Shown here piece by piece: positions 15,877-24,380 of a stretch of DNA of 29,882 bases. The stretch's first letter is position 1; each line of letters begins with the position of its first letter. The stretch is from a virus (Duplodnaviria > Caudoviricetes). The stretch spans positions 1 to 29,882 of IMG/VR virus record IMGVR_UViG_3300044724_002702; one strand, 5' to 3'. Position numbers and translations under genes: made by a program. The notes beneath the pieces were generated by a model. That model worked only from the letters and a program-made list of their open reading frames with translations. It did not search any database and was not told the DNA's origin.

Positions 15877-16414
15877 TTTAATAATACCTTTTACTAAATT
15901 TGAAGAAGCGGCCACAGATATTATAACAACTCCCTTTCTTAGCCCAGAGTTCTGTGAAACTTTGGTAGATTGTGCAAAAAGTTTTTCTACTTGGGAAGGC
16001 CCAGAGGATCAGACATACCCTACTCAAAATCTTCATATGGAAAAAGAACTTCCAGTGTTCCATCAAATTATAAATGAAGCTTTAACCGATATGATTTGGC
16101 CTAAAGTTCGCAGATGGTGGGACATTGATAAAATAAAAACTAAAGATTTATTTATAATAAAGTATAGTACGGATACGCAAGTCGACTTAGGGCTTCATCA
16201 CGACGATAGTTTTGTTTCTGCCAGTATTAAGTTAAATAATAATTACGATGGGGGTTCTTTATATTTTCCTCACCAGAGATTTTCTGTTGAAGATATACCC
16301 GCAGGCAATATTATTGTATGGCCTAGTCAAATAACACACTTACATGGCTCGAAAAAGCTAACTGCAGGTGAAAAATACTCAATTACTATCTGGACTAAAT
16401 TATGTTCCGAATAA
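15869..16414 (+). CDS. 2OG-Fe(II) oxygenase, prolyl/lysyl-hydroxylase-like
   Basis: FIIKY...LGLHHDDS...KLN..YDGGSLYF...THLHG HxD/H triad. Confidence 0.88.
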   Translation: MIDLIIPFTKFEEAATDIITTPFLSPEFCETLVDCAKSFSTWEGPEDQTYPTQNLHMEKELPVFHQIINEALTDMIWPKVRRWWDIDKIKTKDLFIIKYSTDTQVDLGLHHDDSFVSASIKLNNNYDGGSLYFPHQRFSVEDIPAGNIIVWPSQITHLHGSKKLTAGEKYSITIWTKLCSE

Positions 16415-16875
16415 TAGAAAACGCACTTACAAGTAGCATAGCGAGGGAAAAATCAGTAGGAGAAGTACTGACTTCTCTTTGGTTTAATTTGCCTGTAAAA
16501 AGAGAGTATCAAAAACAAATATTAGAGTACGTCAAAGACTATGTTCCTATTGATAATGCGGTCGGTATTGAAGAGTGGGGACACGTCCCCGAAACTTTGC
16601 CCTTCCCTCAAAAACATTTAGATAAAGATGAAGAACTATACAAATCAACCGGAGAATTAAAGTTTCCTCTCTGTAGTTGTATATACTACCATAAAATAGA
16701 AAACTTAGTAGGTGCGGATTTAATGGTAGAAACTCATAAAATAACACCCGAATCCAATATGTTAGTTCTTTTAAAGCCTGGAATTTGGCACGAGATAACC
16801 CAGTACACTAGTGGAACTCGTACAGCCGTAATGATTAATGTATGGGACTATAGGCTAGCTAAAAATAATTCTTGA
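16402..16875 (+). CDS. 2OG-Fe(II) oxygenase-like protein
   Basis: HLDKDE, GADL, WHEI, R(T)AVMINVW. Confidence 0.7.
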   Translation: MFRIIENALTSSIAREKSVGEVLTSLWFNLPVKREYQKQILEYVKDYVPIDNAVGIEEWGHVPETLPFPQKHLDKDEELYKSTGELKFPLCSCIYYHKIENLVGADLMVETHKITPESNMLVLLKPGIWHEITQYTSGTRTAVMINVWDYRLAKNNS

Positions 16876-16900
16876 CAAATTTATCTATTGGTCTCATAAT
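16872..16900 (+). promoter_or_regulatory. sigma70-type promoter
   Basis: AAAAATAATTC-TTGACA-17 bp-CATAAT. Confidence 0.85.
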
Positions 16901-16923
16901 ATGTGTAAGTTTGGAGACCTTAT

Positions 16924-17520
16924 ATGAATTTATTTTATCTTGATGATGACCTTGATAAGTGTGCAGAAGCACACGTAGACAAGCACATTGTAAAAATGCC
17001 ACTAGAAGTAGCGCAGATATGCTGTACTACTATTTGGATAGACAAGATTTTAGGCTTTGTTCCTCGTGCTCTTACAAAGGAAGAAACGGCTATTCTTAAT
17101 GAAGCAAAAGCTCCTGAGAAACCCTTAAAGCCCGAAGAACGAACAGTTACCCCTTATTTACCTATGATGTACAACCACCCTTGTACTATATGGGCGCGTA
17201 GTTCACTCGATAATTATGAGTGGACTCATTGTTATGGAAATGCACTTGGAGAAGAATACCGATACAGATATGGAAAGCAACACAAGTCAGTCACAGTTAT
17301 TAATGAATTACCCGACCCAGTCAATCTTGAACGAGTGGGGTTCACCACGTTTGGACTTGCGATGCCTGACATCCTCAAAGATTACGACAACCCTATACAG
17401 TCTTATCGTGACTATTATCATCTCGACAAGGCTACTTTTGCCAGTTGGACTGGCAGACCAGCTCCCTATTGGTGGGATGAGTCTCTTGCTGACTACGAAA
17501 AGAGGATCACAGCAAAATGA
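16924..17520 (+). CDS. denV: pyrimidine-dimer DNA glycosylase / endonuclease V-like protein
   Basis: MNLFYLD...HVDKHIVKMPLEVAQ; NHPCTIWAR; EYRYRYGKQH; AMPD; SYRDYY. Confidence 0.75.
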   Translation: MNLFYLDDDLDKCAEAHVDKHIVKMPLEVAQICCTTIWIDKILGFVPRALTKEETAILNEAKAPEKPLKPEERTVTPYLPMMYNHPCTIWARSSLDNYEWTHCYGNALGEEYRYRYGKQHKSVTVINELPDPVNLERVGFTTFGLAMPDILKDYDNPIQSYRDYYHLDKATFASWTGRPAPYWWDESLADYEKRITAK

Positions 17521-17750
17521 CTCCACAAGAAATATTTGATTACAAAAATTCTTGGCTTCCAGGATATGAAGTCAAGGTTCATTCGGATCTTAGGGATCAC
17601 GCCAAGGACTGGTGTAAGACTAACCTAGAAAAACACCAGTATCATATCAAAACTTGGACTAATATTTATCAGTATAGCTACTATTTTGAAGATTTAGACC
17701 AAGCTGCAAAATTTTATGCAGAGTTTGAAAGCTGGGTGTTAAATAAATAG
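17517..17750 (+). CDS. hypothetical phage protein
   Basis: 77 aa, ATGA overlap, GAGGA SD. Confidence 0.75.
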   Translation: MTPQEIFDYKNSWLPGYEVKVHSDLRDHAKDWCKTNLEKHQYHIKTWTNIYQYSYYFEDLDQAAKFYAEFESWVLNK

Positions 17751-17758
17751 GATATACT

Positions 17759-18445
17759 ATGGATATACTATCAGCTTTTACTGTTAGCCTAGGGATAGGA
17801 GTAACTCAATACGAAGACTCTAGACCTTTAAATTATGAAGGGGGCGCTGCTGCCCACATTAAGCTAGAGCACGAAGGCTCAAATGTAAATCTTTGGACAA
17901 GCTACTATGAGGGTAACTATAGTGCGCTAGGACAAAGAATTTTTTCAGATGGGTATTATGCTTTTGGAATCGGGTACGACTTTGATCTAACGGATAAGCT
18001 AGAAGTTAGCCTTGGTGTTGGCGTAGGAGTACCCCGTAATGCCAAAGTGGCGCAAATTAATTCTAGTCCGGGTTACGCTGAAAACATAATTATAGGGGAA
18101 GTAGCCTACACTTTGTTAGTAGCAAATCATAATGTAAGTGAAGATAGGCCTATTCCTATACCAGAAGAAGAAAGAATAGAATACCGACAGACTTATGGCT
18201 CTGGATGGTCTATAAACTCTTCACCGTTTCTCCGACTGGGCCTAGGGTATCACGCAACAAAAAACTGGAGAGTAGGAGCTCAAGTAAATTTATTTAACCC
18301 AAAAACAGAATACTGGATAGCTTCTTCCGAAGTTGCTACACAAATAGTAGCTGGAACAGCAAACCCAGAAGTAGTTGGGTGGTGGAAGGAAAGAGAAACC
18401 TGGAATATGAATTCTGTAGAAATTACAGTTTCTTATGAGTTTTAA
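17759..18445 (+). CDS. outer-membrane beta-barrel-like protein
   Basis: alternating strands FGIGYDF, VSLGVGVG, LRLGLGYH; C-terminal ITVSYEF. Confidence 0.6.
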   Translation: MDILSAFTVSLGIGVTQYEDSRPLNYEGGAAAHIKLEHEGSNVNLWTSYYEGNYSALGQRIFSDGYYAFGIGYDFDLTDKLEVSLGVGVGVPRNAKVAQINSSPGYAENIIIGEVAYTLLVANHNVSEDRPIPIPEEERIEYRQTYGSGWSINSSPFLRLGLGYHATKNWRVGAQVNLFNPKTEYWIASSEVATQIVAGTANPEVVGWWKERETWNMNSVEITVSYEF

Positions 18446-18453
18446 GGAGATTT

Positions 18454-18660
18454 ATGAACGATAAAATTATTACTCAGTTAGATCGAATCGAAGAAAAGCT
18501 AGATAGATTATTAACTCAAGCTGAAGGGATGGTTACTGAAACTTGGTACGCCGATGGTGAACTGCCTGTGATAGCGAGCCTTTCAGATGATGAGTGGCCT
18601 GAATGGTTAGAAAATGAGATAGAAATTGGCACAATAAATTTTGGAGATAAAGATGAGTAA
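18454..18660 (+). CDS. small acidic hypothetical protein
   Basis: AAGGAG SD; LDRIEEKLDRLL short coiled coil. Confidence 0.7.
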   Translation: MNDKIITQLDRIEEKLDRLLTQAEGMVTETWYADGELPVIASLSDDEWPEWLENEIEIGTINFGDKDE

Positions 18661-19345
18661 AGTGATTTTGGTTGGAATCACTAAACCAAGTGCAGTAACT
18701 AATTGCGAAACACCTAATCAACTGATTGCATACGCTGCGCGAGTTAGTAATCCTGAAAATCAACACCACCACCAAAGTGCCCCAAAGTTACTGGGGTATC
18801 TTATTCGTCACCAACACTGGTCTCCTTTTGAGATGGTGCATATTACTATGGAAATTCAAACTACTCGTGATATTGCGCGACAAATATTACGGCATCGTAG
18901 TTTTTCTTTTCAAGAGTTTAGCCAGAGATATGCTGTGCAAGAGCACTTTCAGTATAGAGAAGCTCGCCTACAAGACCCAAAGAATCGTCAGAATAGTATT
19001 CCTATTGACAATGAAGATTTTGGAAAAGGCGGAAACAAAACTCAGAATGAGCGTCTTTACGAAGACTGGAATATGCGACAAGCTCAAGTAGTAGCTCTTG
19101 CAAAGAAAAATTATGCTTGGGCATTACAGAATGGTATCGCAAAAGAGCAAGCTCGTGCTATTCTTCCTGAAGGAAATACAAATAGTACTCTTTATATGGC
19201 TGGCTCACTTCGGAGCTGGATTCATTATTGTGAACTCCGCAGAGGACACGGGACTCAAAAAGAGCATATGATAGTGGCAGACCAATGTTGGAATATTATA
19301 GCACAGCACTTTCCAGATGTTGCAGAAGCACTGGAGTGGCAGTAA
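18653..19345 (+). CDS. thyX: flavin-dependent thymidylate synthase
   Basis: HWSPFE, RHRSFSFQEFSQRY, EQARAILP, TQKEH; start at 18653 after GGAG. Confidence 0.95.
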   Translation: MSKVILVGITKPSAVTNCETPNQLIAYAARVSNPENQHHHQSAPKLLGYLIRHQHWSPFEMVHITMEIQTTRDIARQILRHRSFSFQEFSQRYAVQEHFQYREARLQDPKNRQNSIPIDNEDFGKGGNKTQNERLYEDWNMRQAQVVALAKKNYAWALQNGIAKEQARAILPEGNTNSTLYMAGSLRSWIHYCELRRGHGTQKEHMIVADQCWNIIAQHFPDVAEALEWQ

Positions 19346-19464
19346 TTTTACTATCACTTTCTAGCTGTGTGTCAGTAGACAATAGCTGGGCCTGCATTCC
19401 TGTATGGATAGAAGATATAGTAGCTATTAGTTGTGCACTAACGGAAAAGGAAATAAATAAATGA
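19336..19464 (+). CDS. possible small lipoprotein-like protein (start uncertain; in-frame ATG at 19285)
   Basis: VAVILLSLSS-C lipobox-like; ATGA coupling to next ORF. Confidence 0.35.
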   Translation: MAVILLSLSSCVSVDNSWACIPVWIEDIVAISCALTEKEINK

Positions 19465-19601
19465 TTTGTGAAGTATGTGGAGAACACATGAGCGGTGATG
19501 GGTATACTCTACCGTATCATTGCATAAATGTATCCGAAGAAAAATGGTGGTATTCCGAGCCCGATAGTGGGCCTTGGTACTGTGAAGGGGAAGAGGAGTG
19601 A
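19461..19601 (+). CDS. small Zn-binding-like protein (46 aa, not in ORF track)
   Basis: MICEVCGEHMSGDGYTLPYHC...EPDSGPWYC; AAGGA SD; GTGA overlap with next gene. Confidence 0.75.
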   Translation: MICEVCGEHMSGDGYTLPYHCINVSEEKWWYSEPDSGPWYCEGEEE

Positions 19602-19816
19602 ACGATCAAGTAAACCCAGATCACTACAAAAGCTCAGAGATTGAATGTATTGATGCGATGGTAGCCGCGTATGGAGAAGATGAAGTACGTATCTACTGTA
19701 AGATTACAGCATTTAAGTACGGGTGGCGTAGAGGTAAAAAAGGCCCTGAAGAGATTGATGTACGCAAGCAGATCTGGTATCAGAAAAGATCCATTGGTGA
19801 AGACCCTCGCGAATAA
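19598..19816 (+). CDS. DUF3310 (SaV-like) protein
   Basis: VNPDHY..EIECID...FKYGWR..KK...D..K..WY. Confidence 0.85.
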   Translation: MNDQVNPDHYKSSEIECIDAMVAAYGEDEVRIYCKITAFKYGWRRGKKGPEEIDVRKQIWYQKRSIGEDPRE

Positions 19817-19823
19817 TTCTATC

Positions 19824-19852
19824 TTGACTTTTTATTTATTTTCCCTTATAAT
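19824..19852 (+). promoter_or_regulatory. sigma70-type promoter
   Basis: TTGACT-17 bp-TATAAT. Confidence 0.85.
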
Positions 19853-19877
19853 ATTGTTTTTACAGTAGGAGAAGATT

Positions 19878-20525
19878 ATGGCACGAGTAAAAAGAAAAGA
19901 CTACGAAAGCATTACTGATGCAAATGTAAAGAAAGTAGTAGCTTTGCTTAATAGCTCTCCTCCTATAACAAAGAAGGAGGCTTGCGAAATACTAAATATA
20001 GCGTACAACACAACTCGACTCAATAAAATCATTGAGGAGTTTCAGTACGAGCAAGACTTAATTAAAAGAATGAAAGCTAAAAAGAGAGGTACTTTAGCAA
20101 CAAAAGATGAGATACGTGGTATGATAGAAGCCTACCTTGAAGGATCATCCTTTGCAGATATTTCTAAAAGTACTTATCGCTCTATAGCTTTTGTTAAGTC
20201 TATTATCGAAAGAGTGGGAGTTCCCGAAAGAGTAGTAGGCGATGAAAGGCGTGGAATAGAATATCTTCCAGATGAATGTGTATCAGACAGCTTTGAAGTA
20301 GGTGAAGTAGTGTGGTCCGCAAAGTATCACACTTCTGCTATTATTAAAGCGAAACGTAGTGAGCCATTATATCAGGAAAGATACTCTTCAGACTGTTACG
20401 ACATTTATGTAAATGAAGAAACAGAAGGATTTGTAAAAGGCGGATTTAACGCCTCAGCCCTAGCATACGACTTGGGAAAACTGGAACACTTAAAAGAATA
20501 TGGAATTTCTACCGATAATATTTGA
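19878..20525 (+). CDS. D2: T5 D2-like DNA-binding protein
   Basis: TKKEACEIL, KKRGT, YLEGSSF..I....YRS match recalled T5 D2; syntenic position. Confidence 0.75.
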   Translation: MARVKRKDYESITDANVKKVVALLNSSPPITKKEACEILNIAYNTTRLNKIIEEFQYEQDLIKRMKAKKRGTLATKDEIRGMIEAYLEGSSFADISKSTYRSIAFVKSIIERVGVPERVVGDERRGIEYLPDECVSDSFEVGEVVWSAKYHTSAIIKAKRSEPLYQERYSSDCYDIYVNEETEGFVKGGFNASALAYDLGKLEHLKEYGISTDNI

Positions 20526-20766
20526 CTTAGCAAAATACTATGCGTTTTTCTGCTTAGTAACTGCTGTTTGTTTTGCATTAATAAACTTTAGATATGCTAT
20601 TGCTATACGTCCTAACTGGGGAGTTTTTCCTCACTTAGCTTTTGTTACTACAATTTTTATATCGGCGTTTGTACTGGCCCCTATATTTTTTGTAATACTT
20701 ATGGGCTATTCGGAAGTGTATAAAGCAGCAATTATAGTAGCCCTAGAGAAAGAAGATAATGAATAA
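20500..20766 (+). CDS. small two-TM membrane protein
   Basis: two hydrophobic segments; lies between D2 and D3. Confidence 0.7.
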   Translation: MEFLPIIFDLAKYYAFFCLVTAVCFALINFRYAIAIRPNWGVFPHLAFVTTIFISAFVLAPIFFVILMGYSEVYKAAIIVALEKEDNE

Positions 20767-20792
20767 TTTTAAAGGTTGCCAAAAAATAATTC

Positions 20793-20821
20793 TTGACATT
20801 TTTTTCATAATCAAGCATAAT
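20793..20821 (+). promoter_or_regulatory. sigma70-type promoter
   Basis: AAAAAATAATTC-TTGACA-17 bp-CATAAT. Confidence 0.85.
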
Positions 20822-20846
20822 ATACATATCTTGAGAGAGGAAACCA

Positions 20847-21290
20847 ATGGGCGACCGATTTTATTTACAACAACGTGCCGTGACAGGAGACTGTCCGGGA
20901 AACAAATCACCAACTAAAAGGAAACGTAAAATGGCGTGGACAGACGAGAGTAAGGCAGAAGCTATCGCAATGTACGAGGAAGCAGAGCCCACTCCAGAAA
21001 CTTCAATGGAAATCGTTAAGCAAATTGCTGACGATCTTGGCGAATCACCAAATGGTGTTCGTATGATCTTGACTAAAGCAGGCGTATATGTGAAGAAAGC
21101 CCCAGCAGCAGGTGGCTCTTCTACTAAGTCTAGTGGCGGTGGCACTCGTGTGTCAAAAGCTGCGGCAGTAGAAGCACTCGCAGCGGCTTTGTCAGATGCT
21201 GGTCAAGAGGTTGACGATGATATCGTTAGCAAGCTGACTGGTAAAGCTGCTCAGTACTTTACAAATATAATTCAAGCACTGAATACATAA
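20847..21290 (+). CDS. D3: T5 D3-like protein (second possible start at 20931)
   Basis: WTDE, SMEIV, PNGVRMILTKAGVYVKK, KLTGKAA match recalled T5 D3. Confidence 0.8.
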   Translation: MGDRFYLQQRAVTGDCPGNKSPTKRKRKMAWTDESKAEAIAMYEEAEPTPETSMEIVKQIADDLGESPNGVRMILTKAGVYVKKAPAAGGSSTKSSGGGTRVSKAAAVEALAAALSDAGQEVDDDIVSKLTGKAAQYFTNIIQALNT

Positions 21291-21305
21291 TAATACTTTG
21301 AATGT

Positions 21306-21334
21306 GCCCCGAGGCTAGTATCTCGGGGCTTTTT
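21306..21334 (+). terminator. intrinsic terminator
   Basis: GCCCCGAG-8 nt-CTCGGGGC-TTTTT. Confidence 0.85.
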
Positions 21335-21397
21335 CACATCCATCTAAAATAGCTGCATGGAAAGAGGTTTCTCATAACGCTATCTGGAGATGTAGTA

Positions 21398-21670
21398 GTG
21401 AAAAAAGAAGAGCTTAGAAAGCAAATGGAACAGGCAGGTGATGCAATTGTTACCTATAAAAGTCCTGAGTCTAAGAAAACTAAGTATAATATATGTACAC
21501 TGGACTTTTCTACCCCTTATATACAAAAGAAAAGTAACCGTGCAAAAGAAAAAGATGACACCCTTCTTATGTTTTGTTGGGATACGGACTCGTATCGCCT
21601 GATGAAACCTGAGAATGTTACCTCAGTAGTGCCACTATCAAACATACTGAGGAATGATGATGTCAACTGA
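21398..21670 (+). CDS. conserved T5-like protein, possible SH3/WYL-like fold
   Basis: GTG start, GGAG SD; CTLDF and FCWDTDSYR motifs. Confidence 0.7.
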   Translation: MKKEELRKQMEQAGDAIVTYKSPESKKTKYNICTLDFSTPYIQKKSNRAKEKDDTLLMFCWDTDSYRLMKPENVTSVVPLSNILRNDDVN

Positions 21671-21944
21671 AACCTATTCCAAAATAATCTACTCAGAGGA
21701 TTATAAACAAATCAGAATGACTATATCAGAGTTTAGGGAAGTAGAGTACCTACACTTTAGAGAATATTTCTTAGATTTTAATGAGGAGTGGAAACCTACC
21801 AACAAGGGAGTACACATCCCTCTTGAGTTAGATACCTCAAAAGAGTTATTCCGTGGTATATCTGAAATTCTTTCTCTAGCTGAAAATAAGCAGGTAATAG
21901 AGGAATACTTTCAAGAACTTATTCAAGAGATATACCTAAAATAA
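21654..21944 (+). CDS. PC4/p15-like ssDNA-binding protein
   Basis: ISEFR..EYLHFREYF....EWKPTNKGV.I. Confidence 0.8.
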   Translation: MMMSTETYSKIIYSEDYKQIRMTISEFREVEYLHFREYFLDFNEEWKPTNKGVHIPLELDTSKELFRGISEILSLAENKQVIEEYFQELIQEIYLK

Positions 21945-21947
21945 TTC

Positions 21948-21976
21948 TTGACATTTTATCTCTTTTCCCCTATAAT
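21948..21976 (+). promoter_or_regulatory. sigma70-type promoter
   Basis: AAAATAATTC-TTGACA-17 bp-TATAAT. Confidence 0.9.
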
Positions 21977-21991
21977 ATATCCTCAATCATA

Positions 21992-22927
21992 ATGGATAGA
22001 CCAATGCGCGACTTTCTTGATAAAGCATCCAAAGCCTATTACGAAGGCAAGCCTATTATCTCTGACGCTGAGTTTGATTATCTCAGTAGTAAGTATGAGT
22101 ATAATGAGGTTGGGTATCGTTCTGACTTTAAACTCTCCCATATGTATCCTATGCGTAGTCTTCAGAAGGTCTACCCTGGAGATGTGCAACCATTTCCGCC
22201 AGGCACAGGTACAACGGTAGTAACCCCTAAACTTGACGGTGCGGCAGTATCTCTTCGATACTATGACGGACGTTTGATACTAGGTCTTACTCGCGGAGAT
22301 GGGAAGAAGGGTGTAGATGTTACTGATAAGCTAGCTATACACGTTCCTAGCACAATTGACTTTTCTGGTGAAATTCAAATTACTGGTGAACTCGTTTGTC
22401 CAAAGACTATAGCTAATTCAAGAAATGTTGCTGCTGGGTCTCTTAATTTAAAAGACATGGATGAGTTCAAGACTCGACCACTAACATTTGTAGCTTATGA
22501 TATTCAGCCCCACAGAGGTAATCTCTGGTCGGAAGACATGGAAGAGCTGAGATTGCAGGGCTTCAATGTAGTAACCGAGTCTGACTGGCAAGAATTCCCC
22601 CAAGATGGTAAAGTATTTCGACTTGATAGTATTGAAAAGTTTAATGAGTTGGGATACACCGCCCACCATCCTCGTGGTGCTTTTGCCTACAAAGAACAGC
22701 AAGTAGGTGTACAAACTAAGCTGTTAGATGTAGAGTGGAAAGTCGGTAAGTCGGGAGTTGTTTCTCCAGTCGCTATACTAGAGCCAGTAGTTATAGGAGA
22801 AGCTACCGTATCTCGAGCTACACTCCATAATATTGCTTATATTGAGTCTCTTGATCTTGAGATTGGCTGTGATGTTGAAGTTATTCGAAGCGGAGAGATT
22901 ATTCCAAGAATAGTTAGGAGATTATGA
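21992..22927 (+). CDS. ligA: NAD-dependent DNA ligase, subunit A (adenylation + OB domains); start may be 22004
   Basis: ISDAEFD, KLDG, TRGDG, RNVAAGSL, RATLHN, RSGEIIPRI. Confidence 0.95.
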   Translation: MDRPMRDFLDKASKAYYEGKPIISDAEFDYLSSKYEYNEVGYRSDFKLSHMYPMRSLQKVYPGDVQPFPPGTGTTVVTPKLDGAAVSLRYYDGRLILGLTRGDGKKGVDVTDKLAIHVPSTIDFSGEIQITGELVCPKTIANSRNVAAGSLNLKDMDEFKTRPLTFVAYDIQPHRGNLWSEDMEELRLQGFNVVTESDWQEFPQDGKVFRLDSIEKFNELGYTAHHPRGAFAYKEQQVGVQTKLLDVEWKVGKSGVVSPVAILEPVVIGEATVSRATLHNIAYIESLDLEIGCDVEVIRSGEIIPRIVRRL

Positions 22928-23208
22928 TGAATGATGATAATATCTTTCTTTTTGCAGGATTTATAGAGTCTCCTACCCATTTCTCGGGGGCTATAGGCGT
23001 GTATGATTACTTTTGGGCTTTAGAACCTTCTTTAAGAGTAAAATTAATTCAATCTTGGAGAAAAACTATTGACGTTTTAGAAGAATCCCACGAAGATCTT
23101 AATGTAGAAATGGCTGGAGAAGAGTATGGTTCCGTTGCTATTTTTAGCGATGGAGATATTGTTGAAGTAAAACCCCCTAAAGATAATGTATTACCCTTTA
23201 TCCGATGA
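22924..23208 (+). CDS. hypothetical protein
   Basis: 94 aa, ATGA coupling, AGGAG SD; ends DNVLPF. Confidence 0.7.
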   Translation: MMNDDNIFLFAGFIESPTHFSGAIGVYDYFWALEPSLRVKLIQSWRKTIDVLEESHEDLNVEMAGEEYGSVAIFSDGDIVEVKPPKDNVLPFIR

Positions 23209-23567
23209 GTGGAGTTTATAACCTTACCTACTTTGAAAATCACCCTGAAGAAAAAGAACGAGATGGGGTGTTATACTGTGTAGTTCTTGTAAACCGTAAA
23301 ACTAATAAAAGAGAGTGCTTAAAAATTGGAATTGCTTCAGGAAAAAATTGGAAAGACGTACTACGGCGTAGCCGTGGATTTAACAACTATGATATACGTA
23401 TTCAACGTACCTATCATGATACTCTATTCAATGTTTGGACGCTAGAGCAAGCCTTACACGCTGAGTACGCTCACTATCGTTATAAGCCAATGGAAAAATT
23501 TGGAGGGCACACGGAGTGCTTCGAGATCCAAAAAGAAATAATTTTAGCTATACCCGCGAAAAAATAA
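23205..23567 (+). CDS. GIY-YIG/T5orf172-like nuclease-domain protein
   Basis: GVLY...LKIGI...R...LEQALH...FGGHTECF. Confidence 0.65.
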   Translation: MSGVYNLTYFENHPEEKERDGVLYCVVLVNRKTNKRECLKIGIASGKNWKDVLRRSRGFNNYDIRIQRTYHDTLFNVWTLEQALHAEYAHYRYKPMEKFGGHTECFEIQKEIILAIPAKK

Positions 23568-23570
23568 TTC

Positions 23571-23599
23571 TTGACTTTTTCATCTCAATCGCTTATAAT
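23571..23599 (+). promoter_or_regulatory. sigma70-type promoter
   Basis: AAAAAATAATTC-TTGACT-17 bp-TATAAT. Confidence 0.9.
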
Positions 23600-23628
23600 A
23601 TTATTTCTTTCAGTGGAGATATAAATTC

Positions 23629-24378
23629 TTGAAAATACAAGCCCCGACTAATTGTCCTAGTTGTTCTTCCGATCTTATTTGGAAGAATGACTTGTTGTAT
23701 TGTGAGAATGTATCTTGCGAAGGGCAGGGTGTTCAAAAGCTCGAACACTTCGCAAAGACACTGAAGATCAAGGGACTAGGCCCCGCAACGATCGACAAAC
23801 TTCAACTAGAATCTATCTTTGATATTTATAATATGAGTTTGGACTTGTTGACGGAGTTGCTGAGTTCCGAAAAACTAGCAGGTAAGTTGTTCTTGGAAAT
23901 TGAAGGTTCCAAAGCTGCCTCCCTCCAAGAGGTATTGCCTGCGTTCTCTATTCCGCTAATCGGAAAGAGTGCTTCTGAAAAACTATGTTCCGTTCTTTAC
24001 AAACTGGACGACTTATCAGAAGGAGTATGTGAGTCTGCAGGTCTCGGACCAAAAGCTACCCAGAATCTTATGGTGTGGTTTAGGGAAGAGTACTTGCCTT
24101 ACTATAAGTCTTTACCATTCAGCTTTGCTTCAGAAGCCAGTAAACCTAGTACTGCATCTATGGGTATAGTATGTATTACAGGCAAACTGTCTTCTGTTAA
24201 AACTAAAGCTGAAGCGGAAAAAGCACTCGTTGAGGCCGGGTTTAGTGTACGTTCTTCATTAACAAAAGAAGTAACAATCCTACTTAACGAAAGCGGAATA
24301 GAATCCGCAAAAACTAAAAAAGCTAGAGACAATGGTGTCTCTATTTTTACTAATCTTTTTGAACTAATTGGAGTTTAA
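23629..24378 (+). CDS. ligB: NAD-dependent DNA ligase, subunit B (Zn finger, HhH, BRCT)
   Basis: PTNCPSC..LYCENVSC; IKGLGP; IPLIG; VCITGKL...SAKTKKA; TTG start with GGAG SD. Confidence 0.93.
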   Translation: MKIQAPTNCPSCSSDLIWKNDLLYCENVSCEGQGVQKLEHFAKTLKIKGLGPATIDKLQLESIFDIYNMSLDLLTELLSSEKLAGKLFLEIEGSKAASLQEVLPAFSIPLIGKSASEKLCSVLYKLDDLSEGVCESAGLGPKATQNLMVWFREEYLPYYKSLPFSFASEASKPSTASMGIVCITGKLSSVKTKAEAEKALVEAGFSVRSSLTKEVTILLNESGIESAKTKKARDNGVSIFTNLFELIGV

Positions 24379-24380
24379 TT

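Noticed and set aside
22928-23628. Group I intron or frameshift interrupting one ligase gene
   Set aside because: ligA ends with its own stop, ligB has its own promoter and SD, the gap is fully coding, and the split is normal for T5-like phages.
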